DNA of 63,734 nucleotides, filler included, from Octopus bimaculoides (lineage: Eukaryota): NCBI RefSeq assembly GCF_001194135.2. It is 8 parts of 8 records of this genome, joined end to end, with 100 filler letters (N's around TTAATTAATTAA, not from the genome) between each part and the next. Parts side by side here need not be neighbours in the genome. Positions count along the whole stretch, not along the records: positions 50,164 to 55,011 come from NC_068988.1; positions 55,112 to 59,071 come from NC_068989.1; positions 59,172 to 62,346 come from NC_069006.1; positions 62,447 to 63,734 come from NC_069007.1; 4 more parts are not named here. One strand, 5' to 3'. Shown here piece by piece: positions 50,470-63,734 of the stretch. Below the pieces are notes generated by a model. It searched no databases. It was given only the letters and a program-made list of their open reading frames with translations, and was not told where the DNA came from. The stretch's first letter is position 1, and each line of letters starts with the position of its first letter. A program made the translations under genes and the position numbers.

Positions 50470-53400
50470 AGAGATTTATTCTTTATTATAATATTACAAT
50501 ATCAATATATATAGAGGGGACAATACAGGATATTACAAACAAATAGTATTCAGGAGTTCGTTTAACATGATGATTTATATTAGATATGATTAAAATTTTA
50601 CACTTAAAATTTTGCACTTTGGCCGTGAAGTCCACCGTACGCCTTTACTACAGATGAATTAAGCAGGGTCATTCACACCCAACTTCCTTTCCACATCCTT
50701 CCATCTTTTCCCGTATACACTTTGCGACAGTCGTCTTTTCTCCAGCCCTATCTTGCTCTTCAGATGATATCTGAAGTAGTATAGCAAACCAGGGCCGGAG
50801 ATGAATATTCCTGTCGCGACTCCTTTCATTCTAGTTTTCCACATGCACTCTTTCAATACTACAACTGTGCATAAGAAACATGCCTCACTTTTCTCTGATA
50901 GTCCGGGTGGCGATGCAGTCTTAATCATGCACTCAGCCTATAGAAGTACTCTTCCTAGATGCGACAGCACGTGTTCTGCATAAGCTATCAAGCCCGAAAG
51001 CTTCGGACACTGTACAAGGCCATACAGAACGGTTTCATCATCCTGCTCGCACCTTGTGCATGCCGGTGGCACAGACATCCCATGCCAAGACATTGTTTCA
51101 AGAACAGATTAAGCATTCCTATAGCACAGCCACGTCAGGGATTTCTGGTAGTTATCCAGGTACCCCGACCCGAAAGTTCTTTGGAACAGGTTGTCTAGCT
51201 GGCCCTCATCGAACCCCAAAGCTTCTTCTAGGACGTCAATCCCCTTGAACTCTACCAGCTTGCTATAGAGTATCGAGGTGGTACTCCCGCTGCCGGCCTT
51301 CCCCGTCTTGTAGATTAGCACGAGTACCCGTCGGCACACTTTTTGCCATTAAGTCAAGTTCCGTCTTTTTTATGAAATTGGGTTTAAATTCCTCCAAGGA
51401 GGCCGTCGCGGAAAGAATGTCTTCGCCAGAGGATTCCACAACTCGTCACCCCCAGGTAGAGCCAGAGGTGCCTCAGACTCAACGCATGTTTGCGCATCAT
51501 CATCCACGGCATCCGTAACCCACTCTTTAGCGGTTTTTGGCAGCAGACAGAGCGCCTCACAAGCGGTTTTCCTCCCCTCCACAAAAATCAGAGCAAGGGA
51601 CAACGGTCGGACGGTAGGTGATAACAAATGCAATATACACCTGCACCACTTCTTCCCTCCCTTTCAGGGATATTGCCCTTCCAGACCAGGTCCGGATTAG
51701 GGCCGCCACCCTGTCCGCCACCTCACTCCAATTCTTCTTCGCCTGGGAATCCGGTCCAAACCAGACTCCAAGCAACTTAACAGGGCCTTCCGTCCATTGT
51801 CACACGATACTGGACGGTATTGTCGTACCACTCCAGATGCCGAGCCGCAAGCCGATAGACTTGACCTTGTTAATTTTTGCCCCTTCCATCGCCTCGTATC
51901 CTTTGATTGCATCTTCTACACAAGGTAGCTGAACTGCAGATACGGTGATGGTGACATCATCTGCATATGCAGAAACAGACTAACCACATCCCAATTCATT
52001 GGGGATGCCCCGCCCCCGGAAGTCTCCAGCCTCCGCAGCAATGGCGCAAGTGCCAGTACGTACACAAGCGGAGACAGGGGCACCCCTGACAAACCGAGCG
52101 TTCGATTCTAAAAGGCACCGACAGGTAACCATTTATCTGAACTGTAGATTTAATGCCACCATAAATGACAGTGATCCAATCACGAAAGTCCGAACCCAGC
52201 CCAGCCGCCTCGAGGACTTCTGCCAGGTATTGGTGGTCTACATTATCAAAAGCTTTACTCTGGTCTAAATGGACCAGTGCCCCACCTTTACCGGATAACT
52301 TACCCATTCTGTCTAAGGTGTAGCGTACGAGATGGAGATTGTCCTGGATTNNNNNNNNNNNNNNNNNNNNNNNNNNNNNNNNNNNNNNNNNNNNNNNNNN
52401 NNNNNNNNNNNNNNNNNNNNNNNNNNNNNNNNNNNNNNNNNNNNNNNNNNNNNNNNNNNNNNNNNNNNNNNNNNNNNNNNNNNNNNNNNNNNNNNNNNNN
52501 NNNNNNNNNNNNNNNNNNNNNNNNNNNNNNNNNNNNNNNNNNNNNNNNNNNNNNNNNNNNNNNNNNNNNNNNNNNNNNNNNNNNNNNNNNNNNNNNNNNN
52601 NNNNNNNNNNNNNNNNNNNNNNNNNNNNNNNNNNNNNNNNNNNNNNNNNNNNNNNNNNNNNNNNNNNNNNNNNNNNNNNNNNNNNNNNNNNNNNNNNNNN
52701 NNNNNNNNNNNNNNNNNNNNNNNNNNNNNNNNNNNNNNNNNNNNNNNNNNNNNNNNNNNNNNNNNNNNNNNNNNNNNNNNNNNNNNNNNNNNNNNNNNNN
52801 NNNNNNNNNNNNNNNNNNNNNNNNNNNNNNNNNNTTCCATCGAACGTCCCTGTTCGTCTGTTAAAGACTTGATAGAGGCTTCTCTGCCTCTCCAACTCTT
52901 CACACGACGTACCCATCCGGCAACGTTAATACCTTCTCTCCCCACCGCATGAAGTTTAGCTCTGACTTTACACCCTTCGTGTTTGACTTTGAGATGACGG
53001 TAAAAAACCGCTTTCGCTGCCAACACTCTTGATGCAGAGCCAGATTTCATGGCCTCATCTAATTCCTTAATTAAAGTCCCTTCTATTCTAGTCTTATCCA
53101 GACTTAACTGTTTGCTAAATCTAATAGACGCAGAACGAATAGCTCGTTTGAGGACACACCACCACCTATTATTGATAATGGCGCCGATTAATGCCCTCTG
53201 TACTAACTCCATAACCTGGGCACGGAATGTTTTACAAGTCAAAATAGTTTCGTTCATCTTCCAGTACCATCGTCTCTACCTATGACACTTAACTGGGTAC
53301 ATCCTACACGTCACAGACTTGTGATCCGTGTAGGGGACACAACAAAAGCGTGGATAGCTAAACGTAGCCCTATTTCTGTGCCTAACGAATATACTATCTA

Positions 53401-53830
53401 TATAACATCTGAGTGAACCGTTGTTATTAGACCACGACCACTCACTGTGGAACGAGCGGTTCATCCAGTCTATACCGATCTACTAGATTATCGCTCTCTA
53501 GTAGCCTTTTGAGACCAGGTATTCCGCTTCTATCGGTCGAGCCAACACTATCTACCCGTGCGTCGAGAATAGTGTTAAAGTTTCCTAGTACAACTAGAGT
53601 GTTTACCGTCACTAAGAAACTCTCCAGGTCCCGGTAAAAACCAGCCTGTCAACACTGTTTCGGTGCGTAGACAGCTACCAACCTGAAGAACTGTTTATTT
53701 ACGTGTGTCACGTCCCAAAACACTAGCCTACCTTCTGCACGTCCAAGTTTTTTTTTAATAAGACCACCACGCCTCCATCCTTGCAATCCTGATGTGAGGC
53801 GGCATGTCATTACTAGCTTTATATACCTGA
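50470..53830 (-). mobile_element. Tx1/L1-type LINE ORF2 and 3'UTR (AP endonuclease, RT, zinc knuckle), decayed, with an internal gap
   Basis: EN: FRLVAVYAP, LVVLGNFNTILD, YIDSIFV..TDHKSV. RT: QDNLHLVRY..ALVHLDQSKAFDNVDHQYL, RSVCQGCP, (Y)ADDVT, LGVWFGP. C-terminal CTRCEQDDETVLYGLVQC; tail AATAAAGAATAAA at about 50475-50487. Several stops and frameshifts. Confidence 0.9.
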
Positions 53831-53899
53831 GCTTTTATAGTGCATTCGAGAGTGATGGGTTGTTGTTTTTTGTATGGGGAGCGAGGTCTGGAGGTGAGG

Positions 53900-54990
53900 C
53901 CTTCTTTTTTGGAATTTAACTGTTGTGAATTCCATTTCTTCCTTTGTGGTTTGTGGTATCTCTTGTCTTGTTTAATTTCTTCTGGAACTTTTGTTGTTTT
54001 TTCTGTTCATTTCCTTTCTCCTCTGCGTTTTTTTTTTGTTCTTGTTGGGGAGGGAGCTTCATTCTTCTTTTCTTTACATTCTGAACGGATGTGACCTTTT
54101 TCGCTGCACTTAAAACAGCGCGGGCTACGCCCCTCAAAGCCAACTCTTACACTCATCCCCCTATAAACACCCTATCGGGCAGCCCTTCGAGAGCTTCAGG
54201 GCTGGCTTGGACCACAATCTCAAGGGACTGCCCCTTCCAGTTCTCCGCCTCCTTTATTTGCGTTTGTAGAATTGTCATCCTTTCCTCAATGTCGTATGCG
54301 ATGGCTGCCGCTATCCAAAATACGTCTAAAGCCGCCGGTATCTCTTTTACTTTAATTTTGGCAGTTCGTCTGTCCAAATAAGTTGGTAACAGAATTATTT
54401 CTTCGTTTCTCAACGTCATGGCTGACAGCTCTTTTGCAGTGTTTTCGTCTGCTAATTGCACCTCTACCGTGGCATTCCTTCTTCCACGGCCGACGTACTT
54501 TATTTTATTTCAAATTGGTGCTAAACATTTCTCTATTATCTCGCTTTTACACGACATAATTCTTTTTTCTTTTACACTGTACGTCTTGTATACCACAGTT
54601 TTTGCTGCTATATTTTGCAGTATCTCTTGAGGAGAGAGCAACTTTGTGTCGTTCCCCGTTTTCTTTACCAGATTTTTGTATTTAAACAGCTCGGCTATTG
54701 TTACGCCTAATGTCACCATGTTGCCGCCGACCGCAGCCGAAAAACTTCGTCTCTCCTTTTGCACTTGTTTTACAATTTCATTTTCATTCAACTTTTCCAT
54801 TTCTGGAAAATCCACGCTTGACATCAAATCGTTATTATCAAACACAAATCCCTTCAAAAGGAATAAAATTAGACATAAAATATTTCTTTTCTCTAAAAAT
54901 TTTGGACGAAAAAATAATTTTTTTCCAAAATAATATTTTAACAAAATAAATTTTACCCTGCAAAGGGTAAAAATCAAAATTTACAGTTCG
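53900..54990 (-). mobile_element. ORF1 (gag-like) of the same Tx1/L1-type LINE
   Basis: Frameshifted ORF including ..EIILLPTYLDRRTAKIKVKEIP.. and a CX2CX4HX4C knuckle CFKCSEKGHIRSEC (about 54075-54118); the 5' end runs into a gap. Confidence 0.8.
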
Positions 54991-55247
54991 TTAACAATAT
55001 TCCACATTTTTNNNNNNNNNNNNNNNNNNNNNNNNNNNNNNNNNNNNNNNNNNNNTTAATTAATTAANNNNNNNNNNNNNNNNNNNNNNNNNNNNNNNNN
55101 NNNNNNNNNNNACTGTCTGTAGTAGTGTTTCTAGCTCTTTGTCGTTTTTTGCATATAATTTTAGGTCATCCATATATAGAAGGTGGCTGACTGTTTTTCC
55201 ATAGCATTTGTAACCGCATCCAGTTCTATTTAGCAATTCTGTTAAAG

Positions 55248-55278
<31 letters not shown>

Positions 55279-55298
<20 letters not shown>

Positions 55299-55732
55299 GA
55301 GTGAGAGAGCAGTGTATGCTGTCAAGGTGACACTGGGGTAAAATACACGACAGACGCACAGTATACCCATCTGATAAGCCTAATCCAGGCACATGCATCA
55401 CAACCATATTTGCGCGACATGGTGATCTCATATCAAGATAAACAGCGCATGACCTTGCAGGTGGGGGCCCAGTTAAAAATTTCTTCAGATCGAGTAGCCC
55501 GTCTTGCTCAAAAGGTCCCTAAATAAGGGTTGTTTAAGGATGCTGAACGAAACAGCTATGCTTCCAGGGGTGGATTATTTAAACCTCGAAAATTCCTCTC
55601 AACGCATGGCTATGATGCTCCCCTACTACTTCTGCTCATGATCAGAGATGCACACATCGTCAGTCATCAAGGGACATGCTCAACTGGATACGGTCAAACA
55701 ACTGACAAGCAAATCTATGGTATTGAGCAGAA

Positions 55733-55740
<8 letters not shown>
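55279..55740 (-). mobile_element. Non-autonomous retroposon-like element embedded in (ATT)n
   Basis: A block of about 460 bp, GC-richer than its surroundings and without a long ORF, flanked on both sides by (ATT)n; minus-strand end CACTGCTCTCTCACTC(AAT)n. Confidence 0.5.
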
Positions 55741-55802
<62 letters not shown>

Positions 55803-57054
55803 CATCATCATCATCATTATCTTCGTCCTCCTCCTCATCATTATCATCCTCATCATCATTGTGCTGTTGTCGTGTAAAAAAATTATCAACTGGTAAAAAT
55901 ATGAAGATTTGTATCCAGCCAAATTATAAATATCTGCATTAATTTTTACGGTCCATTAAATAATATTTGTTAAAATTTGTCACATGTCTTCTTTTCACAC
56001 TCTGTTTATTGCGACACCGATTGATTCATATCAGCTATTTTGTATGCTGATATTTCAACCAAATCGTACAATCACCAATGTTACATTTATTAACTTGTCA
56101 GACTTTAAAAAAATATTGCAACGAATAAAATCATCTTCAAATCACAGTCTCCGTAGTTATTTTCATTGAACGTAGTCTTCTAAAACATAATATTTTAATG
56201 TTTGGTTCTAGAGTTGAACTTTATACAATATGTCATGAATGTAATGAAAATTATTATACCTAAATGTGATAAATGTATTGAAACGAAATGTTTTAGTTGC
56301 ATCATATAACTATTGCCAATTTTAACCAAATAAATAATATAGATCAACTGAAAAAGTTACATAAAGAGATGAAACTGTTTTAGAAAAACGAAATATTATA
56401 TGTTGCCAAAAGGCATGCGTTCTTTCTATTCATGTTGTTTTCTCTTGTTCATTGCTGAAGTTGTTGACATTATTAAAATCAAGTTTGGAAGAAAAAAAAA
56501 CAAGAAAAAAAAACATTAGTTGAAGAGCTGATATTTATTTTTTCAGCATTAATGTAAATTTTAATGTAATCTCATAAAATACTGAATTCTATAAAATTAA
56601 TAGTTTACCGTGTTTTACTAACAACGTTTTCCCGAAACTTGATTTGTGAAAATGCAAATTTCTGCGTTTTTTTTTTTAACAGCTCATAATTTGATGCATG
56701 CAGAGTTAGCGTGTTCAGTAATGACTAATGTATGCCATTAAAACTAATTTTCTCAAGCGCATGTCTCTTTTATTTCGGGGCATGCTTCGCGAGTATCTTA
56801 TTGCTTCGAAAATATCTAACGTCACTAGGTACGGTGGGTGAGGAAATTAAAAGGGCACCCCATGAAATGCTTCCAGCACATAGTTAATTACCCTTTAGGT
56901 TTAACTACCGCTGGGCTTGATAAGACATTTAATATTTCAGTAGAAGATGAAACAAACATCAGACAATTATTGACGTTAGCTTCATCGACTATTTTCAACT
57001 CAATATAGGTGACCTATGGAAACAAAATATATAGATACACTGATATCTTTACGA

Positions 57055-57495
57055 CAATCAATTAATGTCTTTTGTCTTTTACGCATTTCTGTCATAGGAT
57101 TGCAGCTATACTGGGGAACCACATTGAAGAGTTTTGGTTGAATAAATCTACCTCAGTGCATATTTTTAGAAGAATTCTGGTACTTATTCAGTGGGTCATT
57201 TTTGTTCTACCTTTAAATTAAGGGGGCATAAAATCACCGGTGGCGATTGGAAACAAATATAAACATAAACGCATCTCCCCCCCCCCCACTTTCTCTCTCT
57301 GTATACACACACAGATTTATAAAGGTATATACCTTTATATATACGACGGGCTTCTTTCAGTTTCTGTCCACAAAATCCTCTTAAAAGGCTTTCGTTAGCT
57401 CCGTTCTATAGCAAAAGGCACTTGCATTAGGTACCACACTGGTGGACTAAATCCGGAACCATGTGGTTGGGAAGCAAGCTTCTAACCACGCAACC
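57055..57495 (-). mobile_element. SINE family A (diverged)
   Basis: Head GGTTGCGTGGTTAGAAGCTTGCTTCCCAACCACATGG and a decayed tail. Confidence 0.7.
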
Positions 57496-58740
57496 AGGAA
57501 CTTTTTATAGAATGGCGCATTATTTTTCAGGTCGATAATTATATAAGTAGTAAGACTAAATGGTATCCGTTGAGTGTATATTTCTAATTGATATTTATAA
57601 AGATAATTAGCATAGGGATTTTGAGGTTTTCATATCCTTTGTTCTACACTTTTGCGAACTTATATGCTTTCAGGGTGTGTTTTATCATTTTAGCAGATTA
57701 ATATATTAGTAATATAGTTTTAAAAATGCCGTAAACATTTAAAAATATCTTTTAAAGAATTTCGGTATTGCCATTAATAGTATTACCCAGAGACTCTGTT
57801 TTGTTAAAGAGAGAATGCTTAATAAAAACTCACCTCATTTGAGATTCATTGTATCTTTTGTCACATTTAATATATTAATATATTTGTTTCATTACTTTGT
57901 AATTAAAATATACTGTTTATTATAATATTTATGAGAGTAAATGATTCTATGTATTACTTTATTATACATCTAATACGCAGTTCTTCCTAACGGTCAATAT
58001 ATATAAAGTTAATGGATGTTACCAATGAGAAATTTCAATTTACAAATTATAGCCATTAAAGCTCACTTATCTCACAAAATAAATATCATTCAATACAAAG
58101 TTTGCTAAATCTCTATCTACTGGCATTGTTAATCGAATCACGGGACGGAAGGATATCGAATTATGCACATGAGCACCATTTTCTTGTTGCCGCAACTAAG
58201 AAATAAGTTACATATTTGACCTTTTGTCAGCGAAGCGTAAACATTTACAACATTATTCCTTTAGAAATCCCTTCATATGTAGCAATTTCATTGATCAATA
58301 CATTACATCTAGGAAATTAAAAGAAAAACGCGTAATGATGACTATAATATGAGGATTAAGTTTAGATTAACTAGCTTAATGAATTTATCATGCTTCAGAG
58401 GCCTTGTGTTCTAAGTACGTCTCATCCCCATACACAATATCTGTCGAGTAGTAGCTTGATCTTCACAATGCAACATAGACATTGAAAAGAGATTCAATGC
58501 ATTTGAAGCATAGGTTTCATAGAGATGTTATATGCTGATATAATTATTATATCAATAGATTTCTCACAATAAGGAAGCAATAAATATATCAAAGTATTTA
58601 TGAATCGTTGGGAAATTAGATTAAAAAATGAAAACATATTTTCATAAAGTTCTCTAAAATGGGTTTATACCAGATGAGAGTGTCTACCCATTCTTTCTTT
58701 CACACTGATTACCAGAGAAAAACATTCGACTTACAACAGC

Positions 58741-58790
<50 letters not shown>

Positions 58791-58901
58791 GCGTATAGAA
58801 ACACTCACACACACATATGCAGGTCTCTTTATTTATCCCTCTAACTATCTATATAGATAATACTATTATATATGGATGTATATCTATGTGTGTGTGTGTG
58901 T

Positions 58902-58933
<32 letters not shown>

Positions 58934-59018
58934 TTGATTGATAGATAGCTGTTTACATTTAGATATGTACGTGCATAATCATATGCATACATAACGTACC
59001 ATATAACACGCACACAGA

Positions 59019-59058
<40 letters not shown>

Positions 59059-59750
59059 CACACACACACCCNNNNNNNNNNNNNNNNNNNNNNNNNNNNN
59101 NNNNNNNNNNNNNNNTTAATTAATTAANNNNNNNNNNNNNNNNNNNNNNNNNNNNNNNNNNNNNNNNNNNNAATAATTCCATCCATCCTGGTTAGTCTGT
59201 TGTTGTGGTGGTGGTGGTGGTGGAGATAATTGTGTTAATAGAGTTAATAGTAAAGTAAGAAAAATGTCCCAAGGGTACCCTCTGCATAGGGAAGGTGTAG
59301 CCAAGTGCAGAATATGATATGTGATACGGTGAACTTTTAAATTTTCGTAACTGAAATCATATCTGTCTTCCAGGCGCGGATGTGGTCGTGTGGTCAAGTA
59401 CTCTTTCTTCCCAACCGTGTAGTCATGGGTTCAATCCCAATGCGGAGCGGCTTAGGGAAGTGTTTTGTAACATAGCCTCCAGTGTCCCATTCTTCTTCCG
59501 GCCGTATTCCTTTCAAAAAAATAGGACGTACCCTGAAATTTTGAAGAAAGGGACCAGTAGATTACTTCGGCCCCTGTACTCAATATTAACACTTATTTTA
59601 TCGACCTCATAAGGACGAAAGGCAAAGTCGACCTCGGTGTAATTTGAACACAGAAAATTAACAACCGGAAGAAATGCTGTCATACTGAAGTGACAGTCAT
59701 ATTGACACAAACTAACGGCACCAGCAGCAATGGTAACAGCAGCGGCAGCG

Positions 59751-59795
<45 letters not shown>

Positions 59796-60100
59796 ATGAC
59801 CATTTCTAATGGTGTTTGTTATTTTTTCATTCCACCAGCCTCACATGTTCCGTTAAATAACTTTAACTGTATATTTTTAGGGTGTCACATGACAAACTTC
59901 TTACTTGAGCGCGCGCCTTTATTCATAACAAGCTCCTTCTATATACACCGTCTGTCTGTTTGTCTGCCTGTCTGTCTGTCTATCTTTCTGTCTGTCTGTT
60001 TCTCTCATATGCATATGTGTGTGTGTGCGCGTTTTTGAGTGTTTGCATGTGTGTATTTGAGTGTGTGTGTGCTTTCATATATATGTATATATATGTGTGA

Positions 60101-60132
<32 letters not shown>

Positions 60133-60312
60133 ATACTTATACGCATGCTTCCATTCGCACGTGCATACACAAACATTCGTATGCGCACACTCACAGAAAC
60201 GTGTATCTATTTCCGCATACCTTATATACACTCACGTATATTTATTTATACACATAAACACATATACACGCGCATAACTGCAGATATAGGAATACATGTC
60301 TCTCCATACATA

Positions 60313-60365
<53 letters not shown>

Positions 60366-60478
60366 GTATGTATGTATGTATGTGTATGTATACGCTTATA
60401 TGAATATATGTATACAAGTGTATACATATATATGTATATACATACATACATACATACATATATATGTATATATATGTG

Positions 60479-60517
<39 letters not shown>

Positions 60518-60777
60518 TTGTATACACACATGCATATACGCATATACCGCCATCTTATAAACATATACACTTGTCATTATACACTCAGCCCTCTTTTGGT
60601 TTCACTTCTTGTTTATTTAACTTCCTTTATATCTCCACCTTCTTTTGTCCCACCCTACAACCATCTCACCTCCGCCGCCTCCACCACCCTTCCCCACGCC
60701 GAACGCACCATCATTCCTTAATGAACTCTATATCAATAAACAGAATATAACGGCTTGGGATCTTTAATGTCTTGCAA

Positions 60778-60787
60778 ATTCATCATC

Positions 60788-60839
<52 letters not shown>

Positions 60840-60925
60840 CCATCCCCATCATCCTCATCATCCTCATCACCATCATCCTCAGCATCCTCAGCATCATCAT
60901 CAATTTCATCGCCATCATCGCCACC

Positions 60926-60956
<31 letters not shown>

Positions 60957-61075
60957 TAGCCATCATCATTATCATTATCATTATCATCATCATCATCGTC
61001 ATCATCGTCGTCATCATCGTTGTCATCATCCTCATAGCCATCACAACCACCACTACCACCACCACCACAACCACT
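60778..61075 (+). repeat. Long imperfect (CAT)n/(CAC)n tract, followed by a family C SINE tail (about 61085-61150)
   Basis: Directly visible; it is the source of the poly-His, poly-Ile and poly-Met ORFs in the track. Confidence 0.9.
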
Positions 61076-61659
61076 TTAATTTTTTGAGCAGGGTGTTCCG
61101 TTGATCGGATCAAGCGGAACACTCTTCGTCGTAACCGACGAAGCGCCAGTTTTTTTTTTTAATGATAATAATGATAATTATAAAATAGACGCTTCGAACA
61201 TGTAGCAAGTATAAAAATATAAAGATACACTGAAAAATGGAAAAAGAGAAAGGAAAAAAATATAAAAGAAAATAAATGTTAAGAAAGAAAAAAAATTCAC
61301 AAAAAAAAAAAAAGAAACAAGTCATTAGGTCGGATTCATTTTCGGATGAAACGTTAGGATTCCTGAAAATTTGGTGTTATTAAACCAATTTATGATCGAA
61401 ATATTTTTTTTTGTTTTTGTTGCTTTTTAGTTAATTGAAAAATTATTGTATTTGAAATCATTTTGCTAGTTTAATTCAGTTTTATGAGGTAACAAGTGTA
61501 ACTGAAGTGTTTTTAAATGGCATGTTTTAATTCACACTGAAGCATTAAAAAAATCTTGCAGCTTATGCATTTCGGAAAAGATAGCTATTTTCTTCCACAT
61601 TAGTCGTATTAATTTCAAATTTTGGCACACGACCAGAGGTTTTGGGGAAAGAGAAAGGA

Positions 61660-61870
61660 GGCTGAGCGAACTGACTAGCGGTATTTCGTCTGCCGTCTGC
61701 TGTTACGTTCTGAGTTCAAATTCCACCGAAGTCGACTTTGCCTTTCATCATTTCGGGAGTCGATTAAATAAGTACAAGTTACGCACTGGGATCGATGTAA
61801 CCGGCTTAATCCCTTCGTCTCTTCTTGTCTGTCCCCTCTATGTTTAGCCCCTTGTGGGCAATAAAGATAT
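61660..61870 (+). mobile_element. SINE family D
   Basis: CTAGCGGTATTTCGTCTGCCG..CGTTCTGAGTTCAAATTCC..AGCCCCTTGTGGGCAATAAAGA. Confidence 0.8.
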
Positions 61871-63015
61871 ATATAATGAAGAGCGGAGGGACACATGAAA
61901 TAATACAATCTTAGGTAAACAATTTACTCCCCAACTATGCAACGCTCATGAATGCCAGAACACCTACTATTATAAAAGAATTGCACGACTTGTGCAAGAA
62001 ACCGGGGTTGAAAGCGTAACATGAACAAAAATATATAAGGAGCGACAAAAAATTTAAAATAGATAAAGACTATTTCCATAAACATAAACGGAAAACAGGT
62101 GTAGATAGCAAAGTGACGTATTTAGAACACACAGAATCAAAGAAACGGCATTATTCGACTCAGCCATCTTGGCTAAAGACTAAGAAATAACGTTCAACGT
62201 GATAAAATAATAATAATAAAAATATGTGGAATGGAATATAATGTTAAAATGGCATTTTTGGTATGGCGGTTTCCATATCCTATTTAATAATAGAAAAAAC
62301 AAAACAAAACAAAGCAAAACGAAGCTGTTAACTATGTGCAATAAAANNNNNNNNNNNNNNNNNNNNNNNNNNNNNNNNNNNNNNNNNNNNTTAATTAATT
62401 AANNNNNNNNNNNNNNNNNNNNNNNNNNNNNNNNNNNNNNNNNNNNTATATATAAATAGATTTATATACACACGCATATATATCTGCTAATGCCTCAGAT
62501 TGAGTTTAACACCACCATCTTTAAACTGTTAAACTACAGGAGACTAGGGATGATTGGGGGGGGGGAGTACATGAGCGAGCTGTGGCATTGGTGGTAATGG
62601 TGGGGACTGATAAAATACAGGATGAATGTAAATATACAAATATGCATGAATGAATGCCTCAAATGAACGAATAAATATAATATGCAAATAGAAAATATAG
62701 ATAATTCTGTGATAGACATCGACAGATGGTGCTGATGTCTACTGGTTAAAACTGGAGTTGATGAGAGAACATCAATCCCAGAGAGTTGCTGCCATATTGG
62801 ATACCCAGCACAGTGAATAAGGAGATTAAGTTATTATGGAAGACCCTAAGTGCAGAAACGAAGGCTGGATGATATGCTGCAAGCCAAATGAAGTAAGGCT
62901 ACAACCTCTGGGTGTAAAGTTGAAAAAGTGTGACACACTGATACACTGGCATTCACATTTATTATATTAAATATGTTTAATTTTTGGGAATCTGTATTTC
63001 AATTACAGTGTATTT

Positions 63016-63057
<42 letters not shown>

Positions 63058-63467
63058 TCTGTCTGTATGTATGTATTAAAGAAAGCAAAAAATAAAACAA
63101 AAATTATAGGGTTCAGTAGATGGTTCAGCATGCTGGCCACTGGAATTTCTGTCCAGGAAGGTTGTACATCATCTCCCTCTTTCTCTCACATACCTACTTT
63201 CTCTCACATACCTACTTTCTCTCTCTTATTATCACCCCCACGCCAACATCAACACTACTACTTTTAATAAAACATCATGAACTCTCCCTAAATTTCTTTG
63301 TCTCTCTTTCTCTCCCTCTCTTTATCTTTCTCTCTCTCTCTCCCCCCCTCTCTCTGTCTTCACCACCACCCTCACTGTCTCTATGCCTACTATTATTCTC
63401 ACCCCAGCATGAGAAAGTGTCATTGAATAGTGAGAGAGGGGGGTCACAGTGTGACACACTGACACAC

Positions 63468-63689
63468 AGAAATTAGTTTTCACCTTTACTCATTTCAGTC
63501 ATTTGAGTGCAGCCATGCTGGGGCACCACCTTTAGTCAAACAAATTGACACCAGGACTTATTCTTTCTAAGCCTAGTACTCATTCTATTGGTCTTTTTTG
63601 CCAAACTGCTAAGTTACTGGGGCATAAATACACCAGCATTGGTTGTCAGGCGATGTTGAGCGGACAAACACACACACACAAATATATAC

Positions 63690-63690
<1 letters not shown>
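63468..63690 (-). mobile_element. SINE family A, tail half
   Basis: Reverse complement of the family A tail followed by (CA)/(TA)n. Confidence 0.8.

Positions 63691-63734
<44 letters not shown>

Noticed and set aside
56200-56330. Cys-containing short frames (ICHECNENYYT; KCDKCIETKCFSC) after a TTCTAG acceptor
   Set aside because: AT-rich, short, with no donor support, and separated from the candidate gene by gaps and a LINE; cannot be linked.
60733-61122. Poly-His, poly-Met and poly-Ile ORFs (also HT/YI/CV-repeat ORFs throughout the track)
   Set aside because: Translations of (CAT)n, (CA)n, (TA)n and (TG)n microsatellites with no coding context.

Overview
AT-rich, repeat-dominated animal genomic DNA from a draft scaffold with many N gaps. 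The SINE families, RTE tails and microsatellite load point to an octopus; this is inferred from repeat families I recognise, not from a search. No recognisable conserved host gene, rRNA, intact tRNA or CRISPR array is present. Most long ORFs in the supplied track are read-through of microsatellites or N runs. The window contains dozens of tRNA-derived SINE copies (about four head/core/tail combinations) and RTE-clade LINE fragments. It also holds a near full-length but decayed two-ORF Tx1/L1-type LINE (about 50.5-55.0 kb, minus strand), two tandem R4/Dong-type restriction-like endonuclease LINE ends in (ACAT)n tracts, a head-to-head inverted Penelope-like GIY-YIG fragment, a probable MULE/FAR1 transposase relic and several MITEs. 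The best non-repeat candidate is a small spliced gene at about 47.7-49.3 kb (+) whose first coding exon reads as a signal peptide (MKGISVLLFCIFISYTLSVKQ). Repeat boundaries are approximate (about 10-30 bp).
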